64,000 nt of DNA, from assembly GCF_009914755.1 (NCBI RefSeq), contig NC_060927.1; one strand, 5' to 3'. The translations under genes were made by a program, and so were the position numbers. A model generated the notes under the pieces. It was not told the DNA's origin. It searched no databases and worked only from the letters and a program-made list of their open reading frames with translations. Numbering within the stretch: the stretch's first letter is position 1; every line of letters starts with the position of its first letter. The DNA comes from the human T2T-CHM13v2.0 reference genome, Homo sapiens. Below, piece after piece: positions 14,051-26,900 of the stretch.

Positions 14051-14763
14051 TGTAGAAGCAGCAAATCCATATGGGTCTGCAGTAATTGGATTCTTACCTC
14101 CTGGGAGGAAAGACTTCATCTGAGGGACATAAGGCAGAGTGATAGACTGAGGCAAGTTTTAGAGCAGGAGTGAGAGTTTGTTAAAAAGTTCTAGAGCAAG
14201 AACAAAAGGAAGCAAAGTACACTTGGAAGAGGGCCAAATTGGCAACTTGAGGGATCCAAGTGTGCTGTCCGACCCTTGACTTAGGGTTTTATGCATTGGC
14301 ATGATTCTGGGGTTTGCGCTTCTTCTCCACGGATTCCTCCCTTGGGGTGGGATATCTGTATGCACAGTGGCCTGCCTATACTTGAGAGGCACCACATGCA
14401 CAGTATGTTTGCTGAAGTTATGCACATGCTCATTTGAGATGTTTTTCCTTTACCAGTTGAATGTTCCTAGAGGAAAGTCACAAATTAGTTAAACTCAGGC
14501 ATTTTGCCTCTTAATGCACATGCTTGAGTCCATTCACCCAAATCCTGAAATCTTATTGGGATGCTGCTGATCATCAGCTTTAGGTGTTTCTATCTATTGG
14601 GAGACTGCCTTTCTCTGGTGTTGGCTGCAAACAATTAATTTAGAGAGCCATTTAACAGCCACCTGACCACCACCTGATGCTCACCTGACATTCCTGGTTT
14701 GTGGGGCTAGGGGAAGGGGCATTTCCTGCCCTGCTCATGTCTGCCTAGCTACATACTCTAACA
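14051..14763 (-). mobile_element. MER66-like ERV1 solo LTR
   Basis: Homologous to 8294-9028; perfect 4-bp TSD GTCA at 14047-14050 and 14764-14767. Confidence 0.85.
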
Positions 14764-15989
14764 GTCATAGTTGGAAGAAAACATTTCCTCTTTAAATCAA
14801 AAATAATAAATTTAAGAAGAAAGGTATTAGGAGTGAATTACATTATGAAGTTTCTATATTTATTTTATGGTAAAAATTTAGGATCTCAATCACTTATTTC
14901 ATTTATCTGTGATATTCCGGCTGCAGTGGAAAGAATTTTAGAATATGAAAATGAAAGAAAATTAAAATGTCAATAAAATACTGTTGTGTATTTTTTTCAT
15001 GTTTTATCTCTCAAGATTATTTTATAATCAAATTTTCTTTTCTATGGTTTTAGACTTATTACTGAAGATGCATTAACAGAAAACCTAGCAAACTGTCTTC
15101 TTAGAGCACTTCTTCTCAGTAACTTGGGAAGGTTGGCACATAAAACAAAAGCTGAATCCTTTCCTCTGTCTGAATTTTTTAACCTAAGAAACAATGCAAA
15201 TAACAGGAAGACCAATTTTCAGAAACAGAAAGAGAAATAGAGAGAGGAGAGAGAAAGACAGAGAAAGAAGAAGAGAGACAGAGGCAGAGAGAGGCAGACG
15301 AAGACAGAGAAATGGAGTCACCCATGTCTTCTTTGCCTAAACTCAAATTAAAATTCAAAATGATTTACTTTCAAAAGTTGAGGAGAGAAGAAAAAAGTTA
15401 GGTTCAAGAAACGTGCAGTCCTACTAAATAAATAGAATGAAGACTATTGTGATTTTAGAATATTTCAAGTGTAAGGAGTCAAATAGAGTAGCAGTTGAGA
15501 ACATAAGCCAAGTAGACACACAGCCTTGATTCAAATCTTCCTTCTGCCACAGCCTACTCCTCTGAACTCATGTAAGCCCTTGGACATTTCTAAATCTCTT
15601 TCCTCATTTATAACATATAGCAAAGAGTAATACATTCATATAATTATTGAGGCATCAATAAGACTACACATGAGACAGTGTTCTACAGAGAACCTCATAA
15701 ACTAGGAAGAAAAATTAACTATCACTCTTAGCAATTTCACCAATTAACTCAACAAAATTGTTCAATGCCTACTGGCAATGTCATAGAAGTTGCAGATAGA
15801 GAAGTAAATAGATCAAATTTTTTACCCTCTTGGAGGTTACCTTCTAGTGAGAGGACACAGCAGTAAACAAGCAAATATAAATGTCTGAAAAATGCTGTAG
15901 AGAAAAATAAAGCAGGATCATGTAAAATATTTTTCTCATGGATAACATTTTGATACTGATTACAAATGGTAAAGATTCATCCAAATGTA

Positions 15990-16140
15990 TATATCTAGGT
16001 GTATACATATAGCCTAGGTGTGGAGTTGGCTATACTGCCTAGGCTTGTGTAAGTACACTCTATCATGTCCACACAATGAAGAAATCACCTAAGGATGATT
16101 TCGCAAAACATATCCCCATAGTTAAGTGACATGTGACAGC
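15990..16140 (+). mobile_element. Tigger3/MER7-like DNA transposon fragment
   Basis: atatagcctaggtgtg...gtaagtacactctat...atatccccatagttaagtgacatgtgac. Confidence 0.65.
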
Positions 16141-16149
16141 ACAAAACAC

Positions 16150-17550
16150 TTACAAGAGAAACAGAGAAATGGGGCAGTGGAAGGAGATGTAGGCACTAGA
16201 GAGAATTTTGAGATTGAAGATGTTGTAACATGTTTTTTCAGCTTATAATTGTATAAAAAAATGATTATGAAGAGAAGAGAAGACAATTGCTAGATTGATG
16301 ACCTTGAATAGATGAGAGGGAGTGGGTTCAAATGGACAAGTCGAGGGGCTGTTGTTAAAGTGGATGAGCCAAGAGAGTTCATCCACTTTAACAGGACTGA
16401 GAGCGAGTGAGTGAGTACTAATGTGGGCGTGTTGGTGGTTGGTAGAAGATGTGGGGAAAATTCACCTCTGTTTTGTTTTTTTCCTAATGAAATAACAAGC
16501 GAGACCATTTGCTGAAGCATTAATCCTTGGGAAAGATGAGTTAGAAGTTTGGGGAATGAAAGTGAGAAGAGTGAAAAGTTGAAGAAAATACAGTAGAATT
16601 GACAAGAGTGATTTTAATGACAGATGATTGAATCCGAGTGTGTAATGAGAAAAACAAATGGATGTAAGGGAGTGATGGTCTGCTTGCATAAATCTTGCTA
16701 GCTTCTTATTTGAGGGAACAGAGGCTGAATCTCTGTTATTTCCTGCCCAGAAAGAGTTTGGGCTTTAAAGGTGTTGTCTCTTCTTTTTCCATCTCTTCAG
16801 AAAAGTGATAACTTTTCTCAAGGCCCACAGAAATAAAAGACTCCTAATCTTTCACTTAGGAAGGTGGGTGTCTACTTACTCTACACTGGCATATTTTAGA
16901 GACCCTCTCCAGGGACCAGCCCCAGAATAAAGGGTTTTCTCCTAAATAACCTTTTGTTATTGCTTGTGCTGCGTACGGTTGCCTTTCCTACTCAACTTAC
17001 ACAATATACAGTATATATTTTTAAGGGCCTATGTTATACCAGGCTTTGTTCTAGGCAATGTGAAGAAAACACAATAATTCCTACCCTGAAAGTGTTTTGC
17101 TTTTTCTGGGGGAACAGTTGATTAACAAGGAAAATGCCAAAGGGACAATTACTATGGGAAAAAATTGGCGTGAAAAGAGAAAGTATGGTTGGTGAGGTAC
17201 AATTTGAAATAGAGTAGTCACAGAAGACCTTATTTAGAAAGCAAAGACATGACATAAGTGAGTGAGATATGGGGATAGCTAAAAAAATAGATCAGTCTTG
17301 GAATATCAGATGAAAATATCCAGAGGTGGGAGCTTAACAGATTTATTCTTGGAAGAGCAAGGAGGCAACGGCACTGGAGGCCAAAATTGTAGGTGATACA
17401 AGTAAGGAAGAGGAGAGTTCACGTTGTATTGCCTTTTTACTGTGAGTGAGACAAGAAGCCAAGAGATCTTTGAAAGGAAGAAACGGTGACCAAAACTATA
17501 ATTTAGAAGTATACCTATGGTGGTTGCACTGAGAACACATTTACCTTGCA
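16150..17550 (-). mobile_element. L2 fragments
   Basis: Purine-rich degenerate L2-like sequence; boundaries approximate and internally interrupted. Confidence 0.5.
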
Positions 17551-18239
17551 TTAGAAGGTAATGAGATGTTTTTGGTAAACCAAAATAGCTCCAGACAAAA
17601 GCCTAATACAAAGGCAAACCAGACCCTGAGAAAATGGGGAACCTAAGCAGGAGATGTTGGTTCAATCACTAAAGGTTCTTGGGAGTGAGATATTTCTAGG
17701 CCAACATGCTATCCTGGAAGTCCATGGAATACAGTCAAAAATATGATCTATTTCCTTGACAGTGAGCATGAGAATGTACTATGTTTTAGGTAGATTCCTA
17801 GAAGGCAATAGCACCTGGAAGTTCATAAATAACTGTGCAGGACTAGTTATAATTCTGACCCCAGATTCCAAAAATGAATGGCAATATTCAACTTCAGTCC
17901 ACTGATCTCTCTGAATTTTATGCTTCAGAATCCCCCTTTGGATTTAGTAATCTCCGGTAACTCCTGGATAATTTTAGTCGGGAAAGACTAGCAATTCAAT
18001 ACCTGCAAAGGGATGAGGTCCTTAAGGAAATTGGGGAAGGTATTAAAATACATATGTTATTTAAATTGGTAATGCAGTAAATTCAGGTGATACACCATGA
18101 TGCATTTCATCACTCCATTAAAATTCTATTTTTACTCTCTATAAAACATTAATATAAGAATACTAATATATAAATTATAAATAGATGGAAGCAGAGGCTT
18201 GGTATACAATGTTTTGAAGTCAAATCTATATCAATACAC

Positions 18240-18539
18240 TTTTTTTTGGAGACATGGTCTCACTCTGTTGCCTAGGCTGAGTGCAGTGGTGTGATCACAG
18301 CTCACTACAGCCTTCATCTCCCTGGCTCAAGCGATCCTCCCACCTAAGTCTCCCAAGTAGCTTAGACCACAGGACCACAGGAATGTACCACACCTTGCTC
18401 ATTTTTTATTTTTATTTTTTTGGAGAGATGGGACTTTTCTATGTTGCCAGGCTGGTCTTTAAGTCCTAGGCTCAAGAGATACTCCTGCCTTGGCCTCCCA
18501 AAGTCCTGGCATTGCAGGCATGATGTACCACACCCAACC
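18240..18539 (-). mobile_element. Alu (AluJ-like)
   Basis: Diverged dimer with J-type ctcaagcgatcctcccacc. Confidence 0.9.
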
Positions 18540-19344
18540 AACAATGGACTTTTGTCTGTGTATGAGTCCTTGCCTAATTGTGTGAGTCCTAGCCTAATTG
18601 TGTGACCTTGGGCAAGACATAGAGCCTCCTTGAGCCTCCATTATCTCATATGCAAACTAATATTTTAAGGTATGATGAATATTATATTTTAAAATCTGTT
18701 TGAAAATATGTTGCAAACTGTAAAATTCCAGAAATATTGTAAAGAAGCAGGGAAATACTCTACAAGTTTTTAATTTTATACTTTCCCTACTAAGCATTTA
18801 TTTCTACTATGGGGATTAAATATTAGTATATTTTCTATTCTTATACCTGATGGTTTTTCTTGTTTTGGTGAAGTTACCAAGAAGGAATAAACAACAAAAA
18901 AATTAAAGATAGGAAGAGAAAGCAAGGGCAATTATTTGATTGTTATAATCAAGTGAGTGATTTAGGCCCCAATTATAAGCAGAAAAGTTTCCCCCTGAAC
19001 TTCAGGTTTCTCTCAAAAACTCCTGTAGCTTCTCTGGCACATACAATTAAGAGGAAGAAACATCACATTTCTGGTTTATAAAGTAAAACCTGAGAACCAG
19101 TGACTTAAATTGCGTGTTAGGGGCAGCAGATTCTTTACAGCTGAACAATGTACTACTTGAATCATTAAGGATGATACTGGACATATAATATAGGGTTTTG
19201 TTTACCATCATCCTATTTCAAAAACATCATCCTCCCATCTCAAAACATATGCTATTGCTTAAATGCTTGGCAGCTCCCATTATTTTTAGATCTTTTTTCT
19301 TCCTTTTCCCAAGTTTATAGATTTTCTGTTTACTAGAGACATTT

Positions 19345-19845
19345 AAGAAGTTCTGATTACTGCTGTGTAACAAACCACTTGAAACTTAGTGGCATAAAGT
19401 ATCATTAATTTTATGCACATGGATTCGGTAGGTTAGAAATTCAAGGCACAGCTGGGAAATCTGTGCCTTGAGCTTACAGCTCTCTATGAAGTCTGGGGCT
19501 TCAGCTGGGATGTTGTGATACTGTGATGACTCAAATGGCTAAGAATTGGAATCTTCATCAGAATCCCATAACAGGCTGGACTGGATTGGGACTGTGGACC
19601 CACACGAGAGCTTTATTGGTAGCTAGGATTTTTACAGCAGAGCAGCTGGATTCCAAGGGTAAGCTTCTGCAGAGGAAATGTGGAAAGAACCAGGAGGAAG
19701 TTGTATGAACTTGAATGACCTAAACTCAGAAGTCAATAACCTTTCTTTATTAATTGGAGCAGTCACAATCTTACCATGATTCAAAGGGACAGGTCATAGA
19801 CCTTGCCTCTTGATGAGAGAAGTGTCAAAAATTTGTAGCCATTTA
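19345..19845 (-). mobile_element. MLT1-type MaLR LTR
   Basis: tgctgtgtaacaaaccac...aaacttagtggc...cctcttgatgagagaagtgtcaaa. Confidence 0.65.
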
Positions 19846-19943
19846 AAAAGTCCCCATAAATATATACACTTATTATGTACCCACAAAAATTTTAATAAAT
19901 ACATAATTAAGTACATTAAAAAGTTACCGCATAAACTATATAT

Positions 19944-20399
19944 TTTCATGCGCGTTCGTGTGAAGAGACCACCAAACAGGCTTTGTGTGAGCAACATGGC
20001 TGTTTATTTCACCTGGGTGCAGGCGGGCTGAGTCCGAAAAGAGAGTCAGCAGAGGGAGATAGGGGTGGGGCCGTTTTATAGGATTTGGGAAGGTAATGGA
20101 AAATTACAGTCAAAGGGGGTTGTTCTCTGGTGGACAGGGGCAGGGGTCGCAAGGTGCTCAGTGGGGGTGCTTTTTGAGCCAGGATGAGCCAGGAAAAGGA
20201 CTTTCACAAGGTAATGTCATCACTTAAAGCAAGGACAGGCCATTTACACTTCTTTTGTGGTGGAATGTCATCAGTTAAGGCGGGGCAGGGCATATTCACT
20301 TCTTTTGTGATTCTTCAGTTACTTCAGGCCATCTGGGCGTATACGTACGTGGAAGTCACAGGGGATGTGATGGCTTGGCTTGGGCTCAGAGGCCTGACA
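19944..20399 (-). mobile_element. HERV-H 3' LTR (LTR7, 456 bp) with AATAAA at 20008-20003
   Basis: Differs from the 5' LTR by about 11 substitutions and 3 indels (manual alignment). Preceded by the PPT AAGAAGGCAGGAA (20412-20400). Confidence 0.96.
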
Positions 20400-21184
20400 T
20401 TCCTGCCTTCTTATATTAATAAGAAAAATAAAACAAAATGGTGTTGAAATGTTGGGGCGGCAAAAATTTTTGGGGGGTGGTATGGAGAGAGAATGGGTGA
20501 TGTTTCTCAGGGCTGCTTCAAGCAGGATTAGGGGCGGCGTGGGAACATAGAGTGGGAGAGATTAAGCTGAAGGGAGGTCTTGTGGTAAGGGGTGATATCG
20601 TGGGGATGTTAGAAGAAACATTTGTCATATAGAATGATTGATGATGGCCTGGATATGGTTTTGGATGAATTGAGAAACTAAATGGAATAACAGAAGGAGA
20701 AAAACAGGTATAAAAGGTCTAAGAATTGGGACGACTCAGGATATCTGATTAGAGAGTGCCTAAGGAGATTCAGCACAGTCCTGCCAGCAAAGATTATTTA
20801 TTTACTTCAAGAGTTAAGAGTGGCAGTTTGGGGATAGCACCAGGAGATATCAGCTGCGATGGCTTGGAAAAACAGTGTAAACCGGCAGTGTAAACCAGAG
20901 CAGGGCATGTATGAGTTAGTTGAGAATGGTGAATAGGAATATGACTAGACAGAAGATAGTAGGGATGACAAGTTTTTTTTTTTTGAGGGGGGGCACAGTC
21001 TAAGTTGGTCTAGTGTCCGGAATGAGACTGGGGCCTAACAAAAAGGAGTATCCATACAGGAGCTCAAATGGGCTGTACCCTGTAGCATTCCGAGGACAGG
21101 CCTGAATTCTGAGAAGGGAAAGTGGTAAAAGTATTGTCCAGTCCTTTTTAAGTTGGTGGCTGAGCTTGGTGAGGTGTGTTTTTA

Positions 21185-23638
21185 TTTTTTTATTTTTTTT
21201 TTTTTATTTTTTTTTTTAATTTATTTTTTTATTGATAATTCTTGGGTGTTTCTCACAGAGGGGGATTTGGCAGGGTCATGGGACAATAGTGGAGGGAAGG
21301 TCAGCAGATAAACAAGTGAACAAAGGTCTCTGGTTTTCCTAGGCAGAGGACCCTGCGGCCTTCCGCAGTGTTTGTGTCCCTGATTACTTGAGATTAGGGA
21401 TTGGTGATGACTCTTAACGAGCATGCTGCCTTCAAGCATCTGTTTAACAAAGCACATCTTGCACCGCCCTTAATCCATTTAACCCTGAGTGGACACAGCA
21501 CATGTTTCAGAGAGCACAGGGTTGGGGGTAAGGTCACAGATCAACAGGATCCCAAGACAGAGGAATTTTTCTTAGTGCAGAACAAAATGAAAAGTCTCCC
21601 ATGTCTACTTCTTTCTACACAGACACGGCAACCATCCGATTTCTCAATCTTTTCCCCGCCTTTCCCGCCTTTCTATTCCACAAGGCCGCCATTGTCATCC
21701 TGGCCCGTTCTCAATGAGCCGTTGGGCACACCTCCCAGACGGGGTGGTGGCTCGGCAGAGGCGCCCCTCACCTCCCGGACGGGGCGGCTGGCCGGGCGGG
21801 GGGGGCTGACCCCCCCCACCTCCCTCCCGGACGGGGCGGCTGGCCGGGCGGGGGGCTGACACCCCCACCTCCCTCCCGGACGGGGTGGCTGGCCGGGCAG
21901 AGGGGCTCCTCACTTCCCAGTAGGGGCGGCCGGGCAGAGGCGCCCCTCACCTCCCGGACGGGGCCACTGGCCGGGCAGGGGGGCTGACCCCCCCCACCTC
22001 CCTCCCGGACGGGGCGGCTGGCCGGGCATGGGGCTGACACCCCCACCTCCCTCCCGGACAGGGCGGCTGGCCGGGCGGGGGGCTGACCCCCCCACCTCCC
22101 TCCCGGATGGGGCGGCTGGTCGGGCGGGGGGCCGACCCCCCCACCTCCCTCCCGGACGGGGCGGCTGGCCGGGCAGAGGGGCTCCTCACTTCCCAGTAGG
22201 GGCGGCCGGGCAGAGGCGCCCCTCACCTCCCAGACGGGGCGGCTGGCCGGGCGGAGGGCTGACCCCCCCACCTCCCTCCCGGACAGGGCGGCTGGCCGGG
22301 CGGGGGGCTGACCCCCCCACCTCCCTCCCGGATGGGGCGGCTGGCTGGGCAGAGGGGCTCCTCACTTCCCAGTAGGGGCGGCCGGGCAGAGGCGCCCCTC
22401 ACCTCCCAGACGGGGTGGCTGGCCGGGCGGGGGGCTGACCCCCCCACCTCCCTCCCGGATGGGGCGGCTGGCCGGGTGGGGGGGCTGACCCCCCCATCTC
22501 CCTCCCGGACGGGGTGGCTGGCCGGGCTGAGGGGCTCCTCACTTCCCAGTAGGGGCGGCCGGGCAGAGGCGCCCCTCACCTCCCGGACGGGGCGGCTGGC
22601 CGGGCGGGGGGCTGACCCCCCCACCTCCCTCCCGGACGGCACGGCTGGCCAGGCGGCGGGGCTGACCCCCCACCTCCCTCCCGGATGGGGCGGCTGGCCG
22701 GGCGGGGGTCTGACCCCCCCCCACCTCCCTCCCGGACGGGATGGCTGCTGGGCGGAGATGCTCCTCACTTCCCAGATGGGGTGGCTGCCGGGTGGAGAGG
22801 CTCCTCACTTCTCAGACGGGGCAGCTGCCAGGCGGAGGGGCTCCTCACTTCTCAGACGGGGTGGTTGCCAGGCAGAGGGTCTCCTCACTTCTCAGACGGG
22901 GCGGCCGGGCAGAGACGCTCCTCACCTCCCAGACGGGGTCTCGGCCGGGCAGAGGCGCTCCTCACATCCCAGATGGGGTGGCGGGGCAGAGGCGCTCCCC
23001 ACATCTCAGACGATGGGCGGCCGGGCAGAGACGCTCCTCACTTCCTAGATGTGATGGCGGCTGGGAAGAGGTGCTCCTCACTTCCTAGATGGGATGGCGG
23101 CCGGGCGGAGACGCTCCTCACTTTCCAGACTGGGCAGCCAGGCAGAGGGGCTCCTCACATCCCAGACGATGGGCGGCGAGGCAGAGACACTCCTCACTTC
23201 CCAGACGGGGTGGCGGCCGGGCAGAGGCTGCAATCTCGGCACTTTGGGAGGCCAAGGCAGGCGGCTGGGAGGTGTAGGTTGTAGTGAGCCGAGATCACGC
23301 CACTGCACTCCAGCCTGGGCACCATTGAGCACTGAGTGAACGAGACTCCGTCTGCAATCCCGGCACCTCGGGAGGCCGAGGTTGGCGGATCACTCGCGGT
23401 TAGGGGCTGGAGACCGGCCCGGCCAACACAGCGAAACCCCGTCTCCACCAAAACCAGTCAGGCGTGGCGGCGCGTGCCTGCAATCGCAGGCACTCGGCAG
23501 ACTGAGGCAGGAGAATCAGGCAGGGAGGATGCAGTGAGCCGAGATGGCAGCAGTACAGTCCAGCTTCGGCTCCGCATGAGAGGGAGACCGTGGGGAGAGG
23601 GAGAGGGAGAGGGAGAGGGAGAGGGAGAGGGAGAGGGC
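21185..23638 (-). mobile_element. Full-length SVA retrotransposon, SVA_F-like
   Basis: 5' G plus (CCCTCT)7 at 23637-23596; Alu-like domain with F-type CTCATGCGGAGCCGAAG and CTGGTTTTGGTGGAGAC; ~1.5 kb GC-rich VNTR; SINE-R; AATAAA at 21233-21228; poly(A). TSD TGAGGTGTGTTTTTA at 21170-21184 and 23639-23653. Confidence 0.97.
21715..23215 (-). repeat. SVA VNTR (35-50 bp GC-rich units, CpG-dense)
   Basis: Repeating CGGACGGGGCGGCTGGCCGGGCGGGGGGCTGACCCCCCCACCTCCCTCC units, punctuated four times by GCTCCTCACTTCCCAGTAGGGGCGG. Confidence 0.95.
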
Positions 23639-25448
23639 TGAGGTGTGTTTTTAAAAGACCTTTAGTCCATTCTACTTTTCTTGAAGACGGAGGACCGTAA
23701 GGGATATAAAGGTTTCACTGAATACTAAGAGCCTGAAAAACTGCTTGGCGGATTTGACTAATAAAGGCTCGTCTGTTATCAGACTGTATTGAGGTGGGAA
23801 GGCTAAACTGAGGAATTATGTCTGACAGAAGGGAAGAAATGACTGCAGTGGCCTTCTCAGACCCTGTAGGAAAGGCCTCTACCTATCCAGTGAAAGTATC
23901 TACCTAGACTAAGAGGTATTTTAGTTATCTGACTCGGGGCATGTTGAGTAAAGCTAATTTGCCAGTCCTGGGTGGGGCAAATCCTCGAGCTTGATGTGTA
24001 GGGAAGGGAGGGGGCCTGAATAATCCCTGAGGAGTAGAGAATAGCAGATGGAACACTGAGAAGTTATTTCCTTAAGGATAGATTTCCACGATGGAAAGGA
24101 AATGAGAGGTTCTAAGAGGTGGGCTAGTGGCTTGTACTATAGCATAACCTGCCTTTGCTGGTGTGTGGCGATTAGGCCTGGTGGAACCGCCATCAATAAA
24201 TCAAGTGTGATCAGGGTGAGGAACAGGAAAGAAGGAAATTTGGGGAAATGAGATGAATGTCAGGTGGATCAGACAGATACAGTCATGGGGGTCAGGTGTG
24301 GTATCAGGAATAATGTGGGAGGCCAGATTGAAGTCTGGGCCAGGAACAACAGTAATTGTGGGAGACTCAGCAAAGAGTGAGTACAGCTGAAGGAGCCGGG
24401 AAGCAGAAAGTATATGTGTCAGGTATGAGGAAGAAAATAGATTTTGGAAGTTACGAGAACTATAGAGAGTGAGTTGAGCATAGTTTGTGATTTTGAGGGC
24501 CTCTAAAAGTATTAATGCAGTGGCAGCCGCTGCACGCAGACATGAGGGCTAGGCTAAAACAGTAAGGTCAAGTTGTTTGGACCGAAAGGCTACAGGGTGT
24601 GGTCCTGGTTCTTGTGTATGAATTCTGACCGCGCTAACCATGCCTAGGAAGGAAAGGAGTTGTTGTTTTGTAGAAGGTGCTGGGGTTTGAGAGATCAGTC
24701 AGACACGATTGGCAGGGAGAACACGTGTGTTTTTATGAGAATTATGCCGAGATAGGTAACAGATGAGGAAGAAATTTGGGCTTGATTGAAGTAATGGGGG
24801 CTGTCTGTGAAGCTTTGTGGCAGTACAGCCTAGGTAATTTGCTGAGCTTGATGGGTGTCAGGGTCAGTCCAAGTGAAAGCGAAGAGAGGCTGGGATTAAG
24901 GGTGCAAAGGAATAGTAAAGAAAGCATGTTTGAGATCCAGAACAGAATAATGGGTTGTAGAGGCAGGTTTTGAGGATAGGAGAGTATATGGGTTTTGCAC
25001 CACGGGGTGGATAGGCAAAACAATTTGGTTGATAAGGCGCAGATCTTGAACTAACATGTAAGGCTTGTCTGGTTTTAGATCAGGTAAAATGGGGGAATTG
25101 TAAGGAGAGTTTATAGGCTTTAAAAGGCCGTGCTGTAGCAGGTGAGTGATAACAGGCTTTAATCTTTTTAAAGCGTGCTGCAGGATGGGATATTGGCGTT
25201 GAGTGGGGTAAGGGTGATTAGTTTTTAATGAGATGGTAAGGGGTGCATGATCGGTCGCCAAGGAGGGAGTAGAGGTATCCATACATGTGGGTTAAGGTGG
25301 GGGGATACAAGAGGAGGATGTAAAGGAGGCTTTGGATTGGGAAGAAGGGTGGCAATGAGATATAGCTGTAGTCCAGGAATAGTCAGGGAAGCAGATAATT
25401 TAGTTAAAGTATCTCAGCCTAATAAGGGAACTGGGCAGGTGGGGATAA

Positions 25449-25637
25449 CTAAAAGGAGTGCTTAAAGAAGTATTGTCTAAGTTGGCACCAGAGTTGGGGA
25501 GTTTTAAGAGGTTTAGAAGCCTGGCCATCAATACCCACAACAGTTATGGAGGCAAGGGAAATAGGCCCTTGAAAAGAAGGTAATGTGGAGTGGGTAGCCT
25601 CCGTATTGATTAAGAAGGGGACGGGCTTACCTTCCAC
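25449..25637 (-). pseudogene. HERV-H protease remnant (active site degenerate: FLINTEA instead of FLIDTGA)
   Basis: ORF reads PVPFLINTEATHSTL...TVVGIDG. Confidence 0.85.
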
Positions 25638-25817
25638 TGTGAGAGTTACCCGAAGCTTGGCATCCGTGATGGTCCAGGGGGCTTCCGAGGCGATCGGGCA
25701 GTGTCAGTCTTCAGCTGCTAAGCCAAGAAGATCTGGGAAGGAGTCAGTCAGAGAGCTTTGGGCCAGAGTTCCAGGGGCTCTGGGAGTGGCTGCCAGGTGA
25801 GTTGAACGGTCCGATTT

Positions 25818-26900
25818 TCAGTGGGGTCCCACACAGTTGGGACGTGGCTTAGGAGGAATCCCGGGCTGCGGGCATTCCTTGGCCCAGTGGCCAGATTTCC
25901 GGCATATGTAGCAAGCTCCTGGGGGAGGAGGTTCTGGAGGAATGCCTGGCCGCTGCGGTTCAGGCGTTTGGAAGTTCTTGTGTGCTGGAGATGTGGCTGG
26001 GGTTTGTCTCACAGTGGAGGCAAGGAATTGCAACTTTGTTCTATTATTGTACACCTTGAAGGTGAGGTTAATTATATCCTGTTGTGGTGTTTGAGGGCCG
26101 GAATTTAATTTTTGGAGTTTTATTTAATGTTGGGAGCAGATTGGGTAATAAAATGTATTTTGAGAATAAGACGGCCTTTTGACTTTTTAGGGTCTAGGGC
26201 TGTAAAGTGTCTCAGGGTTGCTGTCAAACAAGTCATGAACTGGGCTGGATTTTTATATTTGATGAAAAAGAGCCTAAACGCTATCTGATTTGGGATAAAG
26301 AAAAAGGAGCATTAACCTTGACTATGCCTTTAGCTCCAGCCACCTTTTTAAGAGTAAATTGCTGGGCAGGAGAGGGAGGGTTAGTCACGGAACGAAACTG
26401 TAAGCCGGACCAGGTGTGAGGAGGGGAGGTGATAAAAAGATTATAGGGTGGAGGAGCAGAGGCTGAGGAAGAATTGGGACTTAGCTCGGCCTGGCGAGGA
26501 GCAGCCTGGGGAGGAAGGGAGAGGTCAGATGGGTCTGTAGAAAAGGAAGATTAGAAAGACTCAGCGATGCTTGGGGTTGGTACTGAGGGGACAGGTGGGA
26601 GGGAAAGAAGGAAGATTTGGGACGAGTTGCACTGGGCACAGAGACTAGGAAGAGACTGATGTGTAAAAGAATGCCTGGACGTCAGGCACCTCAGACCGTT
26701 TGCCTATTTTACGACAAGAATTATTTAGATCTTGCAGGATGGAAAAATTCAAAGTGCCATTTTCTGGCTATTTGGAACTACTGTCCAGTTTGTATTGGGG
26801 TCAAGTGGCATTGCAGAAGAAAATAAGGCAGTTAGGTTTTAGGTCAGGTGTGAGTTGAAGAGGTTTTAAGTTTTTGAGAACACAGGCCAAGGGAGTAGAA
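25818..26900 (-). pseudogene. HERV-H gag remnant, including the nucleocapsid CCHC zinc knuckle CYICRKSGHWAKEC
   Basis: ORF 25818..26054 carries CX2CX4HX4C. The upstream gag region is interrupted, so the upstream boundary is approximate. Confidence 0.85.

Larger units (their letters stand above)
20850..25300 (-). pseudogene. HERV-H pol remnant (RT fragment, RNase H/integrase pieces), split by the SVA
   Basis: ORF 24896..25282 reads PYNSPILP...LVQDLRLIN...VLDLKHAFF (RT). An integrase-like SSRKVEWTKGLLKTHL|TKL spans the SVA insertion point. Boundaries approximate. Confidence 0.85.

Noticed and set aside
21401-23641. Many long overlapping ORFs (up to 238 aa) on both strands
   Set aside because: They come from the stop-poor GC-rich SVA VNTR, Alu-like domain and hexamer, and are not genes.
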